Assembly: GCA_964247055.1 (NCBI GenBank)
Contig: OZ176051.1
Location: 3,968,001-4,032,000, forward strand
Direction: 5' to 3'
Length of the DNA: 64,000 bases
Source: Paragordius varius
Lineage: Eukaryota; Animalia; Nematomorpha
Shown: one piece after another, positions 51,801 to 64,000 of the stretch
Numbering within the stretch: the stretch's first letter is position 1
Layout: the number at the start of each line of letters is the position of its first letter
Notes under the pieces: model-generated
What the model was told of the DNA's origin: nothing
The model's database searches: none
Seen by the model: the letters and a program-made list of their open reading frames with translations, nothing else
Program-made: the position numbers and the translations under genes

Positions 51801-52900
51801 CGAATTCTCTGGAGAAAGATACAATGTTTGGGAAGGTAGAAGGGCAAAGGAAACGAGGCCGACCACCGATGAGGTGGTTGGATATGATAAAAGAAGAGAC
51901 CAAAATGACACTGAAAGAGCTCAATATAGCGGTTAAAGATAGAAAAAAATGGAAAGAAATAGTTAAAACTATATCCAAAAAGTCGTTTACGACTTAGGAA
52001 AAACCAACCAACCAATGTTATGCAAAATTTTGCCATGGTTTTGATTCCTTTCATTTTTTTAAAGAATTTAATTTTAAACAGGCCTGGGGTATTTAAACTA
52101 CCCCAAATTAAATCGAAGGACTTAAATGAATATGTTGTATCCAAGTGTTAACACTTTGATTCAATTTAACCTTAGACTAAATTTAAATTATTTTTTAAAG
52201 AATTACTGAATACAACGGTCCCAATTTAAATTTATGCTTCTGTCCTAATAAAAATTATATAAAAAAGCCAAAATATCTAGAAAAATTTCGTTTTGAAAAA
52301 AAGTTCCATGTCAATACTTTGGCGCCATTTTTATTTTACAAAATATTTGCAAAATATCGTGTTTATTTAACACATGGATTTAACACATTCATTTTAGTCT
52401 TTCGATTCAAATTGGAGTAGTTAAATACCCCAGGCCTGAAAATTAAATTTTTTAAAAAATATGGAAGGAATTGAAACCATGGCAAAATTTTGCACAATGG
52501 TAAAATTCAAAAAATATAAAATAAACCGCTTTTTCTATTTCTATCAATGTAGATGTAATTCAAATAAAAAATTAGCTTCAATTTTACCCTTAAAATTAAA
52601 TGAAGACGGTATATGCAAAAAATTTGTAACATAAAAATGGCGTCGAAGTAGTTTGACATGGAATTTTTTTTCAAAACAAAATTTTATTTATTTTGGCATA
52701 TTATAATTTTTATTAAAATAGAAGCAATTTAAATTAGGACCAATTCCTTCCGTAGTTTTTTAAAAATCCTAACATTAAAATAGTTTGGCGTATTTAGATA
52801 CCCCAATTTGAAATGATTAATTTTAATAGGAAAATTAAAGCTAGTTTTTTATTTAAATTACATCAAACATTGATAGAAATAGTAAATTAGTTATTTTGTG
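48820..52900. repeat. Complex repeat block: three diverged tandem units of about 550 bp (near 48826, 49394, 49945), the RTE insertion, a palindrome at 52019-52497 and an inverted unit at about 52510-52860; related copy near 10600-11000
   Basis: Recurring gggtat.ta.atacccc, acggt.c.aatttaaattta and gccatt.ttattttacaaca motifs; ggcctggggtatttaaactac is inverted at gtagttaaataccccaggcc. Confidence 0.65.
50332..52008 (+). mobile_element. 5'-truncated RTE/BovB-like LINE with an uninterrupted RT reading frame
   Basis: 569-aa ORF 50288-51997: KAMGLDNIP, YRNISLISHASKVLL, NQAGFMKGKST, MCFIDYRQAFDSI, GVRQGCCLSPYLFN, LRFADD, GRPPMRW. No endonuclease domain. (ACCA)n tail; 11-bp direct repeat caaccaatgtt at 50321-50331 and 52009-52019. 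Confidence 0.95.
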
Positions 52901-54918
52901 GCAGCTCCAAGACACATTGAAACGAACGGCTGATATTAAAATCAAAATATATCAAGTTTTATGGTAAAATTAGCCTAAAAGGCTTTTAAAGTTATTTATT
53001 TACATTTTATAATCCTATACATTCATTTGCCTGTTACATTAAAGAATAAAAAAATAAAAAGAAAAAAAAGGCGGCAAAAAGTTTGAGATGACGTTTAATT
53101 TTACATTTTTTAAAGTTTTGTATAATGCGCCTAAATGGCTAAAGAAAACATATTTTTAAATTCGGTCTAATGCCTCAAATACTTTTTGAGATAATTTTTA
53201 AGATTATCTCGGATAACCCAAAAGGTAATGGTAGAAAAAACTTTAAAACTTTGTTTTGCGAAAAAGCAAATTATGCAGTGGATTCGCTAAACAAAGCAAC
53301 TTGGCTAACTGTAATCAGCGCCTCCAAAGTATTCGGATTGATTGATATTTATAATCGAATAGTACTTGCATTTTAAAAAAATTTCAATTTAACATAGGTT
53401 TAGCCGCAGATAGATATTTATTCAAAAGGATTGTGCTAAAACTGTGCATCTCTAAAATTTTGTTTAATTTTATTTACACTAACCTGCATTTATTTATTAA
53501 TAAATAAAAATTTATGGTATTGATTCTTTACCCAAGTTACGACCTCGGATCTTTGATTTTACATTTGAATATAGTTGAGAGCTAAAATAGGTCTTTATGC
53601 CCTGCATATATACAGAGAAATTCGAAGAACTAGGTACTTAAATTAGAAAATCAATTTTCAAGTTAAAAAAGATATGTGTCAAATAATTTTGAAATTAATT
53701 AAACTTATTTTGCATTAAAAATGAAATTATACAGATAAAACGTAAAAATAAAAAGACAAATATTTTTTTAAAAGCCAATCATACGTTTTAAATCTTTAAT
53801 TATTAAAAAGAATCATTATCTTAACTAAGTATTAAATAGAGATGTGTAATGGTAATACAATCAATTATATTTTTGATAATTTTAATAAATAAGAGTAAAA
53901 ATTAAGGTTTAAAAAGTATGGTTTTGAAAAAAATATGTCTTATTTATTAGGTTGATTTCAATTTTACTGTTTTTTTGCAGTCTGCCTTCACCATTAGCTT
54001 CAGGCGGTCCGATCTCGCTTAGCATAAAGAACTTATATAAAAAATAATATTCCGTTTTTTATAAAATTTATTCCAAATAGAAAGATTCATATATATGAAG
54101 AAATTTATTGATAAAAATGGTATGACCATTCAAGTTCTTAACAAGTTTTTGGTTGAATTTTAAATATAAAAGAAAAACTAAATTGCTTAATTCCAGCTAC
54201 CGAAATATATTTTTTTTGAATTTTGGATTATAAATGCGATTATATTTTTAATTCTACATTAAAAAGTTTACCAGATGTCATAATACTTACTCTTTAAATA
54301 AATTATTATTAATATATGTGTAAAATGTAAAGTTAAATAAAAATTGATTCTAATTACAACAATCAATTTATTACAAGTAATTTTTATTCTAAAAATACTT
54401 TTACCACTATCATAAAAATATATTTAATATTCTTTTGGGATGTTGTTTTGGCAAGAATTCAGCGCCAAAGCGGAAAGCAGAAAAGCCGAATAATGGTAAT
54501 TATTAATTTGATATCTTATTTGCGGATGTATGGCACCGGCTAACGCAGCATCCTCTCCAGGCTAGAATCGAACAATGGCTGTAAATTCCTAATGACCCCG
54601 ATCTTTAAAACTTACCGAAAAAACTTCAATAACTGTGGCCAACTGAGCTCTTGAGGCTGTGCTGATGAACGCGATTGCGATTATACCCCGAAAACCTCGA
54701 TCACTTTTAAGCTCTTGACAACGAGGAAACGCACCATAGTTACTAATCCTATCCCGTTAGAAACCAACGCAAAACTTCCCTGCTATATGACGATGACATC
54801 GGAACCGCTGATATTTGAGGGCTGATTACCAATATTATTTGAACCGGATACTTACTCCAGATTGAATGGTACTATTGCGAAGTCGGTAGTATTTTAAGGT
54901 TAATTCCCACTGCTGGAT

Positions 54919-55451
54919 AAGGTATAAATTTTATTTTACAACACTCTGTTAATGTCAGTTAGTATTGATGTAATTAAGGTATAAATTTTTATTTTACAAC
55001 GCTTTGTTAATGTCAGTATTGATGTAATTATGGTGTAAATTTTATTTACAACGCTCTGTTAATGTCAGTTAGTATGCATGTAATTAAGGTATAAATTTTT
55101 ATTTCACAACGCTTTGTTAATGTTAGTTAGTATTGATGTAATATTTACAACAAAATCTGTTAATGGTAAACACTTATACAGTTAGTTAAGAATTAAGGTA
55201 TAAATTTTATTTTACAACACTCTGTTATTGTCAGTTAGTATTGATGTAATTAAGGTATAAATTTTTATTTTACAACGCTTTGTTAATGTCAGTATTGATG
55301 TAATTATGGTGTAAATTTTATTTACAACGCTCTGTTAATGTCAGTTAGTATGCATTTATTTTACAACCCTCTGTTAATGTTAGTTAGTATTGATGTAATA
55401 TTTACAACAAAATCTGTTAATGGTAAACACTTACACAGTTAGTTAAGAATA
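54919..55451. repeat. Minisatellite with about 55-58 bp monomers organised as two higher-order blocks of about 275 and 258 bp
   Basis: Monomer taaggtataaattttattttacaacactctgttaatgtcagttagtattgatgtaat; the order of variant monomers repeats, each block ending caacaaaatctgttaatggtaaacactta(t/c)acagttagttaagaat. Confidence 0.9.
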
Positions 55452-56814
55452 TAGACTGCTTCACAGAGATATCCCACGAACAAAATGTACCACTGAATGT
55501 ATAAAGCATGCAAGACGCGACTCTGAGTAGACTATTAGCCAATTATTGTGGGACGACGTCCTGGAAAGCAATGTTGGAGCCGCTGATATTTGAGCAGGGC
55601 TGGTTACCAATCTCCGACATCTCTGTTGGTCGGAGTTTGAGACTTAGCTCAGACCAAGCTCAACGACCACTTATCCCGGGTTAGCGTCCCAGTTGAAGGT
55701 ACAACTGAAACATGGTCGCACGAAGGGGTAACGTTGACGCTTGTAATGTCTAATATCTCCAAAATTGGTTTACCTAAAGGCCACACTCATTTAGAAGCAA
55801 AAGAAGACCCCCTTCCACACCAAAGATAAGAGCTTAAAATTAACTCTACATTTGACCCGACATAGACCTTTGACATTACTTTCTGGAGTAATCAAACCCT
55901 GTTTGTACGGTTATTTAAACTCGAATATTGCTTTTACCTGCTTAACAAGGCGAAATTAACATTTCTTTTAAAACATATATATATATATATAGCTTATTAA
56001 CTATACTAACTCCCATTAACACATCTAACATGAAGGCTTTTATTTATGTATGTAGATACTAACGTCAACCCCAACCTCCGATGTGTTTCCCCGCTCTGAA
56101 GCTCAATGCATCACGGGTGGGTAGGGATTGCCTTGACGGCAGGTGGCCGACGATCTTCCGACGCTACACCCTTTACTTGTTTGCTTGATATCTTATTTGC
56201 AGTATATATATATCGACAATGATATTGGTTTGAATCACGAAAATTTTATCACTATTAACTATATTTTTCGGAAAAATTTTTGATAATTTTAATATATCTA
56301 TAATAAATATTCTAGTGTTTATTTTTATGTAAAAGAACAAGGCAATCTAAATATTTTTTAAAATTATGGTTTTTAAACTTAAACTTTTAACACTTTATTA
56401 CCTTTTTGGGAAGTATTTATCCCAAATCCCATCTTAAATCAAAATGATGTATCAATATCCCAAATTCATAGACAAAACTGGATGTATCAAGGAGGTAAAG
56501 ACGAAAATAACTAATATTTAGATTTCATGTATGAAATTCATTTTAACTCAACGATGTATACAGAGAGTATGATTTATTTAATTTTTGATGATTATGTTAA
56601 TCTTACTATGCATATTTACCTTTTCCTGTAAGACAAGGATTATAGAAAACATGAATTACATAATTTATTTCAATTATTTTTGACTTTTCTGCAACGTATT
56701 TATAACTGGGCAAACTTATAAATCTGATTTGCTTGCAAGTATTGAATTGCATAATTAATTTATAATTATACTAAATAAATCTAAAGCCCAATAAATACAC
56801 TAGCTATTCTCATT

Positions 56815-58243
56815 ATTTGATCCAAAGCAAGTAAAGCTTGTCTTTCATGAAGAAGTCCATTTGGAAAATAGACAATCCACTACTAAGGCTGTTTGAATAA
56901 ATGGCTTTATAAAACTTTCCAGCGTAAATCTTTCAATAAATATGCAATAAATTCTCCAGCTATGGTAAAGTTTTCAAATGGAAACACTAAAGATATTATT
57001 ATAAATTCTTCCAATATACTATAAAAATGAGAATGTAAAAGAGTCAGTATATTTATTGGGCTTTAAAATTATTTAATATAAATACAAAACTATTTAAATA
57101 TGCGATTCATTACTTGTAAAATTTAAATAATAAGTCCTTTCAGTTTTAAATACATTATAGACAAAGTCAAAAATCATTGGAATATGTAAATATTTTCTAT
57201 ATCCCTTCTCTTACATATTTTAAATACACATTTAATTAGATTTCTATACGATTTGGAGCTATCGGCATTTTTTGTATAATATATTTATTAATTTTAAATA
57301 GATTTGCGGATCAGTTCGCCAGCATATCGATAGTAAATGGTATCTTTTTAATTTTCTTACAGCTTTTTTTTTAAAAAACCTTGTTTATTTGAAGGTGTCC
57401 CTGAATATTTAAAATTTACGTCCAATGATAGATTATTATTTGCATAATATATTTGTAGCACGTCAATAAGGTTAATTCAGTTTAAAATATATAAATTTGA
57501 TAGATCATATAAATTTGTTATTTTAGTCTATTGTCTAGAATTTGATATTTATATAGTATAGGGGACCAGATTTTTTAATGGAAAAAGCGGGACAACTCTG
57601 AATGAAAGGGCGGCGTTTACTATCAAAAATTTTCTAACAATAATTAATATCGAGGAATTTTTTTAAATAAATTTATAAGTAAAAAAATGTATAATATTTC
57701 ATTACTTAATATATTTTTTATTTGGGTAATTTGTGTGAGCAGGTTATTATCATTTTTGAATCTATATATTTATAAAAATGGGAATGGCTGGCTTTGTGAT
57801 CTGTTTCCGGAAAACCGGAAGATTTATTCAAATTCAAATGTCAAAAAAATATAATCACCATTTTTAATTTAGGCTTCCTTTTTACCCCTCCCCTCGTAAA
57901 ATGCCATTTTTTTCAAAAAAAAAACATTCACAAAAATAATTTTTTGAGTCTATTTATCGCCCAATGTATGAAATCGTAAAATTCAATCAGGTCATGTATT
58001 CCCAGTTAAAAGGCAAATATTTTAGTCGTGCATTTTTAAATTGGCTGCTGGATATGGAGGTACCCGCTAAAAACTGCCCCGTCATATCGAAATAGCGTGC
58101 TTTTGGGGCTAAACTTCCGAAAACCTATTAGGTTATATGAGTTCAATAGCTGCTTAAAATATTACACCAGGCAAAAATTTAAGTCGGGCGGTTTTTTAAA
58201 ATTAGCCGTTAATTAGGCCCTACAAGCCCTGAAAAGTGCGCTA
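56815..58243 (+). repeat. Segmental duplication, copy 1; copy 2 is about 62155-64000
   Basis: Collinear throughout, for example acattatagacaaagtcaaaaatcattg, tataggggacca...aaaagcgggacaactctgaatg and aagccctgaaaagtgcgctacc. Confidence 0.9.
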
Positions 58244-60840
58244 CCATAGAATTACTTTTTTGTTTTAAGGCAAATTTTCCAAACACTAATGAGAGCATAT
58301 GGATCATAATTCCTGGTATTCTCCGTATTTTAATCAAGCGCCTTTTTTGTATCAGCCTCTGGGAATGCAGCTACCCCCATGAAACTGTGTCACCATATCG
58401 AAATTGCGTTGCTAAGGAGTTAATTTTCAGAAATATCAGGCCATATAAGTTTAATAAGTGCCTTAAATATTACCAAGTCAAAAATTTAAGTTGAGCAGTT
58501 TTTTAAATTAACGCTACTTCACGCCCTAAAAAATGCGCTATCATTGATATTTAGTTAGCCATTCTTCTAAAAAGTATTAAAAACATAAGGAATGAACAAT
58601 GATTCCAGGTATACCCCTATAAAGAAAAAATTTTTTATCGAACGTCTTTTTTATATTGGTCTCTGGGTAGGGGATACCGGATACAGCGTGACTTTGGAGG
58701 CAATTAAAAATTTATCAGGCCATATGAGTTCAATAAAGGCTTTACCCGTTTAAAGGCAAAAATTCAAGTAAGGCGGTTTTATTTAAATACCCTTTAATTA
58801 GGCCCATGCCCTGGAAAAATGCGCCACTATAGAATGACCTTTTGGTTTTAAGGCAATTTTTCGAAAATAACACAGGAGCGGAATCAATCATGATTCCAGG
58901 TATTACCCGGATTAAGGCAAAAATTTTAATCGAGCGTTTTTTGTTTAGCTTCTTAGGGAGCTACTCTGTAAAACTGCGTCACCATATCGATACAGCATGC
59001 CTTTGGAATCAAATTTCATAAAACCTATGATCTTATAGCAATATATATGATAATTCCAGATACTCCCCATATAAAGGCAAAAATTTTGCCTAACGCCTTT
59101 TTTATACCTGTTCCTGGGTTAGGAGCTACCCGCAAAAAGTGCGCTGTTATATGGAAATTGCGTTGTTTTGGAGCTAATTTACAGAAAATTAAGCCATCTG
59201 AACTCATTAAAAGCTTGAAATATCCGTAACCAGGTAAAAAAATCAGGCGTTTTTTATTAGCCATAAATTTGGGGCCTTTATGCCCTAAAAATACGCCATC
59301 AGATGATGATTTAGTGTTGAGGTATTTTTTCGAAACCCATGAGACGATGATATCAAAGATGATTCCCAATATTTGCCCTATAAATAGGGTTGTGATTTTG
59401 ACCCGCTTTTAAAAAAGGGGATCGGACCTAGGTCCGACCTAGGTCATACCATATGTTATTGCCAATAATAAGTATATATCTTGTAAATACTTTCACCAAT
59501 CTTGATAATTTAAATTTTTACAATTAACGATCTTTCCTGGAATCATACATAAAGACTTATAGAAAGTTTCAAATCACAGAAAGCTAAGAGTAACGAGAAA
59601 ATATGGATTTATTGAAACCTATTTGTGCTCTAATTATTTTAATTGTGTAAAAACGAGTCACTGTCCATGAACTTAACGTTAGGATGGTTCAAAGTTTTTT
59701 TTATACTTTAAAATTTTTTATACGATTTATTAGATTTAATATATAATCGTGCTCACTACATTTAAAATTTCAGTAATCATATTAAGTTTAATATATTCTT
59801 TGATCAAATTATTTAAAATATGACATTGGCATCCATGCCATATTATATTAGGATATTCTTTATTAATCAAATTTTCAGCAGCCTTCATGTTCGCTGCATT
59901 ATCGGTCACAATGGCATTAATTTTTTTAAATTTCCAATATCTTTTATAATTGGTTTATAGATATATTCGGCAGTCTTACTATGATAAGATGTGTCAATAT
60001 TAATAAAAATGATTTTTGGGATCCTTGCCAATAAGATTTATTATTTGCTCCCTACGAATATTGGTAAAGGGATCGACGATTAATGAAATATTATTTTTAC
60101 ATATTCCAATAACTTATATTTTTATATCTTCATAACATGAATCTAGTAATTTATTGGAAATCTGTTTTCTATTTGGAATAGCATAATTAGGTTTAAACTA
60201 TGAATGAAACTCCAAAAATGTTTATATTCAACTATGTTTAGAGTTGAGGATGTAAAAATAAATTTTGCTAAATGTTTATGGCTAATTTCTCTTGAAAACA
60301 GAAATTTTTAAGACTAAACTTAGGAAATTAAATAATTAGCTGGCTTTCGACCATCACCTTCTGTATATAATTTATTTCATGTTCTTTTAGATGTTTCTTC
60401 ATTCGGTTTTTATTTAAATATATATAGTGTAATTGCATTTCATGCATGTAACTTCATTTTTTGATCGAAAAATTTCCACAAGGCTGATTTCATTATGACT
60501 TAGGAAGTAAAGAAAAGATGTGTATCATATGATATTTACAACAAAATAATACATATATAAATAATATAAGGTTTTGTTTTCCTAAAAATTGTAAAATTAA
60601 AAAAATTAAAAATTAAAAAAAAATTGACCTAGGTCATTTTTTTCGTGGCCATGACCCTAGATCATTGACTAATGGGCACAACCCTACCTATAAAGGCAAA
60701 GAATTTAACTCAGCGCTTTTTCCATATAGGTCCATGGGTAGGGGTCTTACGGTTTAAAACGGAGACGCCATATAAAAATGGCGTGGTTTTGGAGCTAATT
60801 TTCAAAAAAATTAGTAAGCCAAACGAGTTCAGCTAAACAC
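57761..60840 (+). mobile_element. Helitron-family 5' end followed by a diverged tandem array of about 300-bp units, interrupted by a hAT element
   Basis: A|TCtatatatttataaaaatgg at 57761. Units begin near 57995, 58315, 58605, 58900, 59060 and 59365 (continuing at 60687) with recurring taaaggcaaaaattt, gctacccg.aaaa.tgc and catatcga. No 3' CTAG end identified. Confidence 0.7.
59385..60686 (-). mobile_element. Internally deleted hAT DNA transposon with TIRs and an 8-bp TSD
   Basis: TIRs TAGGGTTGTG and CACAACCCTA; TSD CCTATAAA at 59377-59384 and 60687-60694. Minus-strand transposase remnant INAIVTDNAANMKAAENLINKEYPNIIWHGCQCHILNNLIK at about 59800-59925. Confidence 0.92.
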
Positions 60841-61089
60841 ATTTCTGGGGAATTTGTATAATATCATTCTTTCCTTTTAAAAGGGACCACCGATCATTTT
60901 ATTATCTTGTATAAAATAACTATGATTTAGAAGATGTTATAGAAATTTATAAAAATGTAGGTTTATTTTTGTCAATCTCTTAAAACCGAAATAATTGATA
61001 AATATTATCAACAAATTTTTTTAAAGTTTTTCGAATTGTTGGGGTCGTTAATAAACTCGCTATCATAAATGGGGTCGGGAATTACAAAT

Positions 61090-62490
61090 GTTTTGGAAGC
61101 CTTGGTCTATACGTATTAAATATATTAATTTTTGTTTATTTCGTTGCGATATTCGGATAACTCCTACATTTTTATTAAATAAAGATACTTATCTTCAGTA
61201 CAACAATTAATGGTGTTAATAAACGAACAATACATATTCTGAAAAAAATATTATCAAAAAATAAAAGTATTAATTCTAATGTTGTATTTATTTAATTTTC
61301 TTGCAAATTTTTAGCATTGGAGGATCGCGCGTGACACCTCTGAAAATTCTTTAGCCATTTAATCAAACAATTTTCAGCCTTAGTGGTGGATTGTCTATTT
61401 TCCCAATGAACTTCTTCATGAAAGGCAAACTTCACTTTCTTCGGATCTGTATATGTGACATTGCTGTCAATATCTATGTAGCTTTCATAATCATAGGGGT
61501 CTTTTAAGGGGTATAAAAGGGCAACTTTGTTTAGTAAGATTTAACCAAATCATCAAAAATAGAATGAATCATTATCATTGCAATTATAATCCAGCTAAAA
61601 TCATCGAAAATTCACCCCAATCTGCTGTCCACACTTGATTTACTGTAGAATAAACTCGTTCAGTCGCAGCGTTATTTCTAGGTAAAGACAGTGTGAATCC
61701 CACAATTTTACTCAAGTCTCCTTTTAAATAATTATGTGTTTTCAGTTGTCCCCGTGTAAAAATTTAGATTTTTTACAATGCCAGTCCTGTGCTATTCAAA
61801 TAGAATAACTATGCTTACAAATATTTCGGAGGCGCCAATCATGGTTAGCCACTTTATTAATTAGTTACTGTATTTAGCCCCATCCACCGTATAATTCGCG
61901 TTTTTACAAAAATCTATGTCCCAATTTGTTTTTTATCAAAGGTATATTGCGAAAAATTATGAAACATAACAAACCTGAATATTGATTCCATCTCACTGTT
62001 TTACAAAAATCGTTGTATGCATAGCATGTTTAGTCCATATAAATTCAATTTTTTTCGAAATAAATCTTACTAAACAAAATTGCATCTCTTAGACCGCTTA
62101 AAAGACCCGTATGATTATGAAAGTTACTCCGATATTGACAACACTGGCATATATATTTGATCCAAAGAATGTGAAGTTTGTCTTTCATGAAGAAGTTCAT
62201 TGGAAAAATAGCCACTTCACCAGTAAAGCTGGAAATCGTTTGATTAAATGACTAAAGAATTTTTAGAGGTGTCGCGCGTGATCCTCCAATGCTAAAAATT
62301 TGCAAGAGAATTAAATAAATACAACATTAGAATTACTTTTATTTTTTGATAATATTTTATTCAGAATTTTTTTGCTCATTTTATTAACACCATTAATTGT
62401 TGTTCGACTGAAGATAAATAACTTCATTTAATAAAAATGTAGGAATTATTCAAATATTGCCAACGAAATAAACAAAAATTAATACCAATC
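61090..62490. repeat. Inverted repeat, arms about 61090-61560 and 62040-62490
   Basis: For example ttagcattggaggatcgcgcgtgacacctct versus agaggtgtcgcgcgtgatcctccaatgctaa, and ctttcataatcataggggtcttttaag versus cttaaaagacccgtatgattatgaaag. Confidence 0.85.
61620..61735 (-). mobile_element. hAT transposase C-terminal dimerisation-domain remnant
   Basis: Translates as LSKIVGFTLSLPRNNAATERVYSTVNQVWTAD, matching the hAT pattern LSLP..NA..ER.FS.MN..WT. Confidence 0.75.
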
Positions 62491-64000
62491 CATCACTAAG
62501 GCTGAAAATTGTTTGAATAAATGGCTAAAGCGTAAATCTGTCAAGAAATATACAATCATTTCTCCAGCTATGGTAGAGTTTTCAGTGGGAAACGCTATTA
62601 TCATTAATCCTTCCAATGTACTTAAAAATAAGAATGTAAATGAGCCAGTATATTTAATGGGCTTTAAATTTATTTAATATAATTACAAAATTATTTAATT
62701 ATGCAATTCATTTGTAACCAAATCAAAATAATAAGTCTTTCCAGTTATAAATACATTATAGACAAAGTCAAAAATCATTGAAATAAATTATGTAATTCAT
62801 ATTTTCTTATCCCTTCTCTTACATATTTTAAATGCACATCCAATTAGATTTCTATACGATCATTTTTAATATATTTATTAATTTTGAATAGATTTGCTTG
62901 ACTGTTCGCCAGCATATCAATAGTAAGTGGTATCTTTTTAATTTTCTGACACTTTTTTTAAAAAAAATCCTTGTTTATTTAAAGGTGTCCCTGAATATTT
63001 TAAATACGTACAATGATAGAGTATTAAAAATTTGCATAATATATTTGTTGTATGTTATTCAACTTAATTCAGTTTAAAATATAAAAATTTGCTAGATAAT
63101 ATAAATTAGTTATTTTTTCAGAAGCCTGTCTAGATTTGATATTTATATAGTATAGGGGACCAAATTTTTAATGGAAAAAGCGGGACAACTCTGAATGAAA
63201 GAGCAGCGTTTGCTATCAAAAATTTTCTAACAATAATTAATATCGTAGAATTTTTTTTAATAAATTTATAAGTATGAAAAAATGTATAATATTTCATTAC
63301 TTAATATATTTTTTATTTGAGTAATTTGTATGAGCAGGTTATTATCATTTTTCAATCTAATGGCTGGCTTTGTGATCTGTTTCCGGAAAACCGGTAGACT
63401 TATTCCAATTCAAATGTCAAAAATATAATCACTAATGAATGCCCCCACAATAGCTTAGCCCTTTTTTAAATTAGGTCCCCAGTTCAAGCCCACCGTGTAA
63501 AAAACGGGTGTTTTTGAAAACACCTCCACAAAAATCGGGACTTTGAGACAATTTTCCGGAAAACGTGTTGGACCATTCGATTTTAAATATTATTTTTTTT
63601 ACTTTTTTTCGATTGCGCCGAACATAGTTTTAATTTAGGCCTCCTTTTTACCCCTCCCCTAACATGCCATTTTTTTCAAAAAACCAAGTCAACAAAAATA
63701 ATTTTTGGAATCTATTTCTCGCTTAAGATATGAGACCGTAAATTTCAATGATTCCATGTATTACCAGTTACAAGGCAAACATTTTAGTCGTGCGTTTATA
63801 ATGGCTGCTGGGTAAGGAGATACCCGCTAAAAACTGCGCTGTCATATCGAAATAGCGTGCTCTTGGGGCTAAATTTCCGAAAACCTTAGGTTATATGAGT
63901 TATATAGGTGCTTAAAATATTACACCAGACAAAAATTTAGGTCGGGCGGTTTTTATTAGTCGTTAACTAGGCCCTTCAAGCCCTGAAAAGTGCGCTACCG

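Noticed and set aside
51139-52144. Antisense ORFs over the RTE
   Set aside because: Shadows of the sense-strand RT frame.
54545-54918. A C-to-T hypermutated or recoded ORF (stops read as Gln or Arg)
   Set aside because: About 10 stops in about 130 codons is close to chance for this composition, and the rescued peptide has no recognisable domain.
54919-55451. CRISPR array
   Set aside because: No unique spacers; whole monomers repeat, and the context is eukaryotic.
59025-59369. ORFs on both strands in the 300-bp array
   Set aside because: They lie in tandem non-coding units and are not kept open in neighbouring units.
1-64000. Assigning a species or phylum from intron size and base composition
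   Set aside because: Gene content supports an animal, but nothing in the window identifies the lineage without a database search.

Overview
Very AT-rich, intron-containing animal genomic DNA; the species cannot be determined from the window. Gene models were spliced by hand and give open reading frames: SNX27 (minus strand, runs off the left edge), a heparan-sulfate 6-O-sulfotransferase-like gene, PUS10 and EIF5 arranged head-to-head, a frameshifted intron-retaining TIM10 pseudogene, and a divergent two-exon gene with Sororin/CDCA5 hallmarks that the ORF track truncates before its diagnostic C-terminus. The most striking property is a class of GT-AG introns only 22-26 nt long (seven examples in five genes, mostly 5'-proximal) coexisting with introns of up to several kb in the same genes. 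The rest is largely transposon-derived: a decayed Ty3/Gypsy element, three RTE-type LINE copies, a non-autonomous Helitron family with internal tandem units, hAT remnants (one with a perfect 8-bp TSD), several palindromic MITE families, a higher-order minisatellite and a local segmental duplication. Coordinates of gene exons and TE termini were counted by eye; repeat-family boundaries are approximate.
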